From NCBI GenBank assembly GCA_963729605.1, contig CAVSNY010000002.1:320001-384000 (forward strand): DNA of 64,000 nt, written 5' to 3'. The position numbers were made by a program, and so were the translations under genes. Shown here piece after piece: positions 56,961 to 64,000 of the stretch (positions are counted from its first letter, which is position 1; each line of letters starts with the position of its first letter). This DNA is from an uncultured Gammaproteobacteria bacterium (lineage in GTDB: Bacteria > Pseudomonadota > Gammaproteobacteria > DRLM01). The notes under the pieces were generated by a model that searched no databases, had not been told where the DNA came from, and saw only the letters and a list, made by a program, of their open reading frames with translations.

Positions 56961-58034
56961 ATGAACTCGCGTATTCAACAGTGGGTGCGGCCCGAAATAC
57001 AGGCCCTCAAGGCCTATCACGTACCCGCGGCTGCGGGCTTCGTCAAACTGGACGCCATGGAAAATCCGTACAGTTGGCCCGCGCCGCTGGTGGACGAATG
57101 GCTGGATGCGCTGCGCGCGGTCAGCCTCAATCGTTATCCCGATCCCGGCGCGGCGCGCCTCAAGCAGCGATTGCGCAGCACCTTCGCCGTCCCGGCCGCG
57201 AGCGAGGTATTGCTCGGCAACGGCTCCGACGAATTGATCCAGATGATCTTGATGGCGGTGGCCGGACCGGGCCGCGGCGTACTGGCGCCCGAGCCGGCCT
57301 TTTCCATGTACAAGATCATCAGCGCCGGCCTGGGGCTGAATTATCACGGCGTGCCGCTCAACGGCGATTTCAGCCTGGACGTGCCGGCCATCTTGAGCGC
57401 CATCGCCGAGCGGCGGCCGGCGGTGGTGTTCATCTGTTATCCCAGCAATCCCACCGGCAATCTGTTCGCGCGCGAGGATATTCGCGCCATCATCGAAGCC
57501 GCGCCGGGCGTCGTGGTGGTGGACGAGGCCTACTCGGCGTTTTGCGACGACAGCTTTTTCGATGAATTGTCGCGTTATCCGAATTTGCTGATCCTGCGCA
57601 CGGTGTCGAAACTCGGTCTCGCCGGTTTGCGGCTCGGCTTTCTGGTGGGCGGCGCCGACTGGCTGCACGAATTGGACAAGATCCGCCTGCCCTACAACAT
57701 CGGCGTGATGACGCAGGTGAGCGCCGAATTCGCGCTCAGCCATTATCCGGTGTTGCTGGATCAAACCGGCCGCATCCGCGCCGAGCGGGCCCACTTGGCG
57801 GAGGCCTTGGCGGCGCTGCCGGGGGTGACGCCTTTCCCGACCGCGGCCAATTTCATTCTATTCCGGGTGGCCGCGGGCCGCGCCGCGGAGATATTCCAGC
57901 GGCTTAAGGACCGCCGCGTGCTGATCAAGAATCTCGATGGCAGCCATCCCGCCCTGCACGATTGTCTGCGGGTGACGGTGGGTACGCCGGAGGAAAACCA
58001 GGCCTTTCTCGCGGCGCTGCGGGCGGCGCTATGA
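56961..58034 (+). CDS. hisC: Histidinol-phosphate aminotransferase
   Basis: NRYPD, GNGSDE, NPTG, DEAY and RTVSKLGLAGLR. Confidence 0.95.
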   Translation: MNSRIQQWVRPEIQALKAYHVPAAAGFVKLDAMENPYSWPAPLVDEWLDALRAVSLNRYPDPGAARLKQRLRSTFAVPAASEVLLGNGSDELIQMILMAVAGPGRGVLAPEPAFSMYKIISAGLGLNYHGVPLNGDFSLDVPAILSAIAERRPAVVFICYPSNPTGNLFAREDIRAIIEAAPGVVVVDEAYSAFCDDSFFDELSRYPNLLILRTVSKLGLAGLRLGFLVGGADWLHELDKIRLPYNIGVMTQVSAEFALSHYPVLLDQTGRIRAERAHLAEALAALPGVTPFPTAANFILFRVAAGRAAEIFQRLKDRRVLIKNLDGSHPALHDCLRVTVGTPEENQAFLAALRAAL

Positions 58035-58091
58035 GGCGGGCGGGGGCGGGAATCATGTACACTCTATGGCCTGACTATCCGGAGACATCGC

Positions 58092-58685
58092 ATGGCTGAG
58101 CGCAAAGCCGGTGTGCAGCGCAATACCTTGGAAACCCGCATCCAGGTCAACGTCAACCTGGACGGCGGCGGCACGGCCAAATTTCAAACCGGCGTGCCCT
58201 TTCTCGATCACATGCTCGACCAGGTGGCGCGCCACGGCATGATCGATATCGAGATCGTCGCCGAAGGCGATTTGCACATCGACGCCCACCACATGGTGGA
58301 AGACGTCGGCATCACCCTGGGCCAGGCGGTGGCCAAGGCGCTGGGCGACAAAAAAGGTCTGCGCCGTTACGGCCATGCCTATGTGCCGCTCGACGAGGCG
58401 CTGTCGCGGGTGGTGGTGGATTTTTCCGGACGGCCGGGTTTGGAATACGGCGTGGAGTTCACCCGGGCGCGCATCGGCGAATTCGATGTCGATCTGTTCC
58501 GCGAATTTTTCCAAGGCTTCGTCAATCACGCGATGGTCACGCTGCATGTCGATTGCCTGCGCGGACGCAACAGCCACCACATCGCCGAGACCGTGTTCAA
58601 GGCCTTCGGCCGCGCGTTGCGCATGGCCATCGAACCGGACGCGCGCATGCAGGGCGTGATGCCGTCCACCAAGGGCAGTTTGTAA
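58092..58685 (+). CDS. hisB: Imidazoleglycerol-phosphate dehydratase
   Basis: FLDHML, DAHH.VED and NSHH..E..FK. Confidence 0.97.
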   Translation: MAERKAGVQRNTLETRIQVNVNLDGGGTAKFQTGVPFLDHMLDQVARHGMIDIEIVAEGDLHIDAHHMVEDVGITLGQAVAKALGDKKGLRRYGHAYVPLDEALSRVVVDFSGRPGLEYGVEFTRARIGEFDVDLFREFFQGFVNHAMVTLHVDCLRGRNSHHIAETVFKAFGRALRMAIEPDARMQGVMPSTKGSL

Positions 58686-58693
58686 GTTTATTT

Positions 58694-58782
58694 GAAATAC
58701 CTCGCGGCTTGCCGCGGGGACTTTGGCGATGGGGTTTCCAATGGGGAGCGGCACAGCGCTCCCCTTGGGTCGCCCGCGGGGA
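58694..58782. repeat. Stacked GC-rich palindromes in the hisB-hisH spacer
   Basis: CCTCGCGGC-TT-GCCGCGGGG and GGGGAGCG-GCACAG-CGCTCCCC. Confidence 0.5.
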
Positions 58783-58865
58783 TCCATACTCGGCGGGCGG
58801 GCTAACTTGATTGGACAGCGTACGGCGCGCCGCGGGCGTGCCGGGAATTAGCGGGATCGTAGGTC

Positions 58866-59513
58866 ATGAGTTCCGTTGCGGTAATTGATTATGGGATGGG
58901 CAACCTCCGTTCGGTGGCGAAAGCCCTCGAACATGTGGGGCGCGGCGCGAGCGTGCGCGTCACTTACGATCCCGGCCTGATCCGCCGCTGTGATCGGGTG
59001 GTGTTCCCCGGCGTGGGCGCGCTGCGCGATTGCGTGGCGGAGTTGCGGCGTCTCGGCCTCGACGAGGTGATACGCGACTGCGCCCGCAACAAACCCTTTC
59101 TCGGAATTTGTCTCGGCATGCAGGGCCTGCTCGATCACAGCGACGAGAACGGCGGCGCCGACGGCCTGGGCATCTTCGCCGGCCAAGTGCGCGGTTTCGC
59201 CGACACGCTGCAAGATCCGGTCAGCGGCGCGCGGCTCAAGGTGCCGCACATGGGCTGGAACCAGGTCCATCAGGCGCGTCCCCATCCCTTGTGGGAAGGC
59301 ATCGCCCAGGACAGCCGCTTTTATTTCGTGCACAGCTATTACGCGGCGCCGGCCGCTCCCGCCGAGGTGGCGGCCACCACCCGTTACGGTCATGACTTCG
59401 CCTCCGCGGTGGCGCGCGACAATATCTTCGCCGTGCAATTTCACCCGGAAAAAAGCCAGCAGGCGGGGCTGACCCTGCTGGGCAATTTCATGGCGTGGGA
59501 CGGTCGGGCATGA
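58866..59513 (+). CDS. hisH: IGP synthase glutaminase subunit
   Basis: DYGMGNL, PGVG, GICLGMQ and QFHPEKS. Confidence 0.96.
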   Translation: MSSVAVIDYGMGNLRSVAKALEHVGRGASVRVTYDPGLIRRCDRVVFPGVGALRDCVAELRRLGLDEVIRDCARNKPFLGICLGMQGLLDHSDENGGADGLGIFAGQVRGFADTLQDPVSGARLKVPHMGWNQVHQARPHPLWEGIAQDSRFYFVHSYYAAPAAPAEVAATTRYGHDFASAVARDNIFAVQFHPEKSQQAGLTLLGNFMAWDGRA

Positions 59514-59568
59514 GCCGCGGTACGAGTCCGCACAGGTTTTTTATGGAGCCTAGCTTGAGGGAAACCTT

Positions 59569-60306
59569 ATGTTGTTGATACCCGCCATCGATCTCAAAGA
59601 CGGCAAGTGCGTGCGTCTGCGCCAGGGGCGCATGGAAGACGACACGGTGTTTTCCGACGACCCGCTGGCGGTGGCCGATCGCTGGGTGGCGGCGGGCGCG
59701 CGGCGTCTGCACATCGTCGATTTGAACGGCGCCTTCGCCGGCCGGCCGGTCAACGCCGAGGCGATCCGCCGCATCGCCGCCGCCCATCCCGGCGTGCCCA
59801 TTCAAGTGGGCGGCGGGATCCGCGACGACGAGACCATCGAGCTCTATCTCGAGATGGGCGTGAGCTACGTCATCCTCGGCACCAACGCGGTGAACGTCCC
59901 CCATTTCGTCGGCGACGCCTGCTCGGAATTTCCCGGCCACATCATGGTGGGGCTGGACGCCAAAGACGGCAAAGTGGCCATCGACGGCTGGTCGAAACTC
60001 TCCAACCACGACGTGATCGACATCGCCCAGCGCTTCGAGCGCGAAGGGGTGGAGGCCATCATCTACACCGACATCAACCGCGACGGCATGATGGGCGGCG
60101 TCAACGTGGACGCCACGGTCGCGCTGGCGCGCGCCATTCACATCCCGGTGATCGCCTCGGGCGGCGTGAGCAGTTTGCAAGACATCCGCAGCCTGTGCGG
60201 CGCGGCGGGCGAGGGCGTGATGGGCGCCATCGTCGGCCGCGCGTTGTATGAAGGCAATATCGATTTGGCCGAGGCGCAAAAGCTCGCGGACGAACTCGGA
60301 CAGTAA
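59569..60306 (+). CDS. hisA: ProFAR isomerase
   Basis: [14 protein letters not shown] and QVGGGIR. Confidence 0.96.
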   Translation: MLLIPAIDLKDGKCVRLRQGRMEDDTVFSDDPLAVADRWVAAGARRLHIVDLNGAFAGRPVNAEAIRRIAAAHPGVPIQVGGGIRDDETIELYLEMGVSYVILGTNAVNVPHFVGDACSEFPGHIMVGLDAKDGKVAIDGWSKLSNHDVIDIAQRFEREGVEAIIYTDINRDGMMGGVNVDATVALARAIHIPVIASGGVSSLQDIRSLCGAAGEGVMGAIVGRALYEGNIDLAEAQKLADELGQ

Positions 60307-60307
60307 T

Positions 60308-61105
60308 ATGGGCCTCGCCAAACGCATCATTCCCTGCCTGGACGTCGACAAGGGCCGCGTCGTCAAAGGTGTGAAATTCGTCGGCATCCGCGACGCCGGC
60401 GATCCGGTGGAAATCGCCAAGCGTTACGACGAGCAGGGCGCCGACGAACTGGTGTTTCTCGACATCACCGCCAGCCACGAGGGCCGCGACACCATGGCGC
60501 AAGTGGTGGCCGAGGTCGCCGGCCAGGTGTTCATCCCGCTCACCGTGGGCGGCGGCATCCGCACCACCCAGGATATCCGCCGCATGCTCAACGCCGGCGC
60601 CGACAAGATCGCCGTCAATACCGCGGCGGTCAACCGGCCCGAGTTCGTGCGCGAGGCGGCGGAGCGTTTCGGCGCGCAATGCATCGTGGTGGCGGTCGAC
60701 GCCAAGCGGGTGAGCGGCGAAGGCGATACGCCGCGCTGGGAGGTGTTCACTCACGGCGGCCGTAAATCCACCGGCCTGGACGTGGTGGCCTGGGTGAAGC
60801 GGATGGTGGACTACGGCGCCGGCGAGATTTTATTGACCAGCATGGACCGCGACGGCACCCGCGACGGTTTCGATCTGGCCCTCACCCGCGCCGTGAGCGA
60901 GGCGGTGAACGTGCCGGTGATCGCCTCCGGCGGGGTGGGCAATCTCGACCATCTGGTGTCCGGCATAAAAGAGGGCGGCGCCGACGCGGTGCTGGCCGCC
61001 AGTATTTTTCACTTCGGCGAATACACCGTGGAAGAGGCCAAGCGCCACTTGGCGGCCCACGGCGTCGAGGTGCGTCTGCCCCCCGGCGAGCGTGCACGGC
61101 GATGA
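60308..61105 (+). CDS. hisF: IGP synthase cyclase subunit
   Basis: [18 protein letters not shown] and LTSMDRDG. Confidence 0.97.
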   Translation: MGLAKRIIPCLDVDKGRVVKGVKFVGIRDAGDPVEIAKRYDEQGADELVFLDITASHEGRDTMAQVVAEVAGQVFIPLTVGGGIRTTQDIRRMLNAGADKIAVNTAAVNRPEFVREAAERFGAQCIVVAVDAKRVSGEGDTPRWEVFTHGGRKSTGLDVVAWVKRMVDYGAGEILLTSMDRDGTRDGFDLALTRAVSEAVNVPVIASGGVGNLDHLVSGIKEGGADAVLAASIFHFGEYTVEEAKRHLAAHGVEVRLPPGERARR

Positions 61106-61506
61106 GCGCGGCGTGGCTGGATGACATCAAATGGAACGCGGACGGCCTGGTGCCGGCGGTGGCGCAGGAGGCGGGCAGCGGCCGGGTGTTGATGGTGGCG
61201 TGGATGAATCGCGATGCCCTCGCGGAAACCGCGGCCAGCGGCCGCGCCGTCTATTGGTCGCGTTCGCGTAATAAATTATGGCGCAAGGGCGAGGAGTCGG
61301 GCCATGTGCAGACCGTGCGGGAGATCCGTCTCGATTGCGACGCCGACGTGGTGTTGCTCACGGTCGAACAGGCCGGCGGCATCGCCTGCCACACTGGCCG
61401 CCACAGTTGTTTCTTCCGGCGCTTGGATAAGGACCAATGGGTGACGATGGATCCGGTGTTGCAAGACCCGGCGCGGATTTATCGAGGCGGCGCGGGCCAT
61501 GAATGA
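61102..61506 (+). CDS. hisI: Phosphoribosyl-AMP cyclohydrolase
   Basis: [14 protein letters not shown] and [11 protein letters not shown]. Confidence 0.96.
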   Translation: MSAAWLDDIKWNADGLVPAVAQEAGSGRVLMVAWMNRDALAETAASGRAVYWSRSRNKLWRKGEESGHVQTVREIRLDCDADVVLLTVEQAGGIACHTGRHSCFFRRLDKDQWVTMDPVLQDPARIYRGGAGHE

Positions 61507-61828
61507 CGAGGTGCTGAGTCGGCTGGCGGCGGTGCTGGAGGCGCGCAAGGGCGCCGACCCGGCCGGCTCCTATGTGGCCGGGCTGTACGCCAAGGGATTG
61601 GACGCGATCTTGAAGAAGATCGGCGAGGAGGCCACCGAAACCGTGCTGGCCGCCAAGGATGGCGCGGCCGACCGGATCGTGTATGAAATCGCCGATCTGT
61701 GGTTTCACAGCCTGGTGTTGCTGGCCCAGCAGGGTTTGCATCCCGACGCGGTGCTGGCGGAGCTGGAGCGGCGTTTCGGTCTGTCCGGCGTGGCGGAAAA
61801 GGCGGGGCGGGATAGCGGTAAATCGTAA
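61499..61828 (+). CDS. hisE: Phosphoribosyl-ATP pyrophosphatase
   Basis: KKIGEEATE and EIADLWFH. Confidence 0.95.
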   Translation: MNDEVLSRLAAVLEARKGADPAGSYVAGLYAKGLDAILKKIGEEATETVLAAKDGAADRIVYEIADLWFHSLVLLAQQGLHPDAVLAELERRFGLSGVAEKAGRDSGKS

Positions 61829-61933
61829 GCGCCTCATTCCCGGCGGGCGAGGCGGGGAGGTGCGGATTCGTTTGGTATGGCGTAGGATGGGGCGCATTAC
61901 GCCTCCGCGGCGCAAGGTCAATGGAGAAATGAA

Positions 61934-62173
61934 ATGGGTATCAGTATCTGGCAGTTGTTGATCATTTTGTTGATCGTCCTGTTATTGTTCGGCGCCAAGC
62001 GGCTGCGCACCATCGGCACCGATCTGGGCGGCGCGGTGAAGGGTTTCCGTGACTCCATGAGCGACGCCGGCAAGGAAGGCGAAGACAAGGAGAAGGAACG
62101 CATCGAGGGAACGGCCGCGCGCAATACCATCGATGGCGAATCGGTCAAGGACACCAGCAAAGACAAGGTGTAA
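61934..62173 (+). CDS. tatA: Tat translocase TatA
   Basis: WQLLIIL...LLFG.KRL..IG.DLG. Confidence 0.95.
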   Translation: MGISIWQLLIILLIVLLLFGAKRLRTIGTDLGGAVKGFRDSMSDAGKEGEDKEKERIEGTAARNTIDGESVKDTSKDKV

Positions 62174-62182
62174 TGCCGAGCC

Positions 62183-62539
62183 ATGTTCGACATCGGCTTT
62201 TCGGAAATCGTCTTGATCGCGGTGGTCGCGTTGCTGGTGGTCGGGCCGCGGGAATTTCCCGGCATGGTGAAGCAGGTGGGGGGTTGGCTGGGCAATATCC
62301 GCCAATTCGCCAACTCGGTGAAGACCGAGTTCGACAAAGAAATACATAAGGCGGAAGAGCTCAAGCAGTTGATGGCGCGTGAGGCGGAGATCGCCGCGAC
62401 GCCGCAGCACACCGACCCGCGACGCTTTCCGGCCAGTCCCGCGCCGGTCCCCGCCCAAGACGCTGCCGAGGTGAACGCAGCGAGCCCGCCCGCCGCGACT
62501 CCAAATGACAAGCCAGGCCATGGGACGCCGCAACCCTAA
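62183..62539 (+). CDS. tatB: Tat translocase TatB
   Basis: MFDIGFSE...LVVGP. Confidence 0.93.
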   Translation: MFDIGFSEIVLIAVVALLVVGPREFPGMVKQVGGWLGNIRQFANSVKTEFDKEIHKAEELKQLMAREAEIAATPQHTDPRRFPASPAPVPAQDAAEVNAASPPAATPNDKPGHGTPQP

Positions 62540-63326
62540 ACCGCAATACACCCCCCAGCAAGAGCAGCCGTTCATGACGCACCTCATCGAGTTGCGTAAC
62601 CGGTTGTTGCGAATTTTGCTGTGTGTGGTGCTGATATTCCTGGTGCTGTTTCCGTTCACGGCCGAGCTCTATGCCATGCTCGCCCACCCGCTGCTGGAAC
62701 GCTTGCCGGCGGGCGCCACCATGATCGCCACCCAGGTCGCGTCGCCCTTCATTACGCCTTTTAAATTCGTGTTCGTCCTGGCGGTGGCCTTGTCCATGCC
62801 GTATGTGCTGCATCAATTCTGGCACTTCGTCGCGCCGGGTTTGTATCGCCGCGAACGGCGCATCGCCCTGCCCTTGTTGTTTTCCAGCATCGTGCTGTTC
62901 TACGCGGGTGTCGCCTTTGCATTTTACGTGGTGTTCCCGCTGACTTTCGGATTTCTGATCAACGCCGCGCCGGCCGGGGTGGCGGTGATGACCGACATCA
63001 GCAGTTATCTCGATTTCACCCTGACGCTTTTCTTCGCCTTCGGCCTGGCCTTCGAGGTGCCGGTGGCCACCATTATTTTGGTGTGGGCGGGTATTACCAC
63101 CCCCGAGCGACTGGCGGCAAAACGTTCTTATGTCATCGTCGGGGCCTTCGTGATCGGCGCGATCCTGACGCCGCCGGACATATTGTCGCAGACCTTGCTG
63201 GCGATACCGATGTGGCTGCTGTTCGAACTCGGTCTATTCCTGTCGCGGGCCATGATCCGCAGGCAGGCGGAAGAAGATGAGGCCGCCCGGACCGATTCCG
63301 CCTCCCTCGATAAGGACGGCGGATAA
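62520..63326 (+). CDS. tatC: Tat translocase TatC
   Basis: HLIELRNRL, APGLY..E, FEVPV and TPPD. Start uncertain. Confidence 0.95.
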   Translation: MGRRNPKPQYTPQQEQPFMTHLIELRNRLLRILLCVVLIFLVLFPFTAELYAMLAHPLLERLPAGATMIATQVASPFITPFKFVFVLAVALSMPYVLHQFWHFVAPGLYRRERRIALPLLFSSIVLFYAGVAFAFYVVFPLTFGFLINAAPAGVAVMTDISSYLDFTLTLFFAFGLAFEVPVATIILVWAGITTPERLAAKRSYVIVGAFVIGAILTPPDILSQTLLAIPMWLLFELGLFLSRAMIRRQAEEDEAARTDSASLDKDGG

Positions 63327-63336
63327 GCCGTGTCGT

Positions 63337-64000
63337 TCAGCGGGCGCGCGGCTGGGGCCGTTCGCCGATGGTGATCTTGGCGTTTTTCAGCGCGCCATTT
63401 CGTTTGATTTGCAGCTCGATTATTTCGCCGGGGGCGAAGGCGGAGATGATGTCCATCGCCGCCTTGGCGTCGTCGACGGGGCGGCCGTTGATCCGCAACA
63501 CGATGTCGCCGGGCATGAGCCCGGCCTGGTCGGCGGCGCTGCGCGGATAAACGCCCGCCACCAAGGCGCCGCGGGTGTCGTTCAGGCCGAAGGACTCGGC
63601 CAGAGCGGGACTGATGTCTTGGGCCTCGATGCCCAGCCAGCCGCGGATCACCCGTCCCTGTTGGAGGATCTGCTCCATCACGTTCTTGGCCAGTTGGGCG
63701 GGGATGGCGAAGCCGATGCCCTGCGAGCCGCCGGTGCGCGAAAAAATCGCGGTGTTGATGCCCACCAGTTGACCGTAGGTGTTGACCAGCGCGCCACCGG
63801 AGTTGCCGGGGTTGATGGCGGCGTCGGTTTGAATGAAGTTTTCAAAGGTGCTGATGCCGAGCTGCTGGCGGCCGGTGGCGCTGATGATGCCCTGGGTCAC
63901 CGTTTGCCCGACCCCGAAGGGATTGCCGATGGCGAGCACCACGTCCCCCACGCTGAGCGAATCGGATTGGCCGAACACGATGGCCGGCAGTTCTTGCAAA
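63337..64000 (-). CDS. HtrA/DegS-family serine protease; 5' end outside the window
   Basis: [14 protein letters not shown] followed by one PDZ domain. Confidence 0.92.
   Translation of the reverse strand, partial: LQELPAIVFGQSDSLSVGDVVLAIGNPFGVGQTVTQGIISATGRQQLGISTFENFIQTDAAINPGNSGGALVNTYGQLVGINTAIFSRTGGSQGIGFAIPAQLAKNVMEQILQQGRVIRGWLGIEAQDISPALAESFGLNDTRGALVAGVYPRSAADQAGLMPGDIVLRINGRPVDDAKAAMDIISAFAPGEIIELQIKRNGALKNAKITIGERPQPRAR

Overview
GC-rich gammaproteobacterial chromosome segment, mostly core genes. From left to right: a truncated LolA-like gene; a polyphosphate cluster (P-type ATPase, sixA, CHAD, ppx, ppk1) with divergent Pho-box promoters and an internally deleted pyruvate kinase pseudogene; an NdvB-like glucan synthase; chrA; lexA-imuA with an SOS box; amt with an NtrC/IHF/sigma54 promoter; miaB-phoH-ybeY-corC-lnt; leuS-lptE-holA; a PAS sigma54 activator; proA-nadD-rsfS-rlmH-maf-rng-yhdP-orf-nitrilase-tldD; a REP-bracketed Spy/CpxP plus GlcG/HbpS cassette; yjgA, pmbA and corA; mlaFED-[TolC family]-mlaCB-bolA-murA; hisGDCBHAFIE; tatABC; and a partial HtrA protease. 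The most notable observation is a TolC-family channel translationally coupled inside the Mla lipid-transport operon, with no mlaA and no periplasmic adaptor in the window. Next are a ~38% GC in-frame patch in leuS, the REP-flanked cargo, and an IS5-type MITE family with covarying hairpins. No CRISPR array, rRNA, tRNA or transposase was seen. All assignments come from motif recognition by eye; no searches were run.
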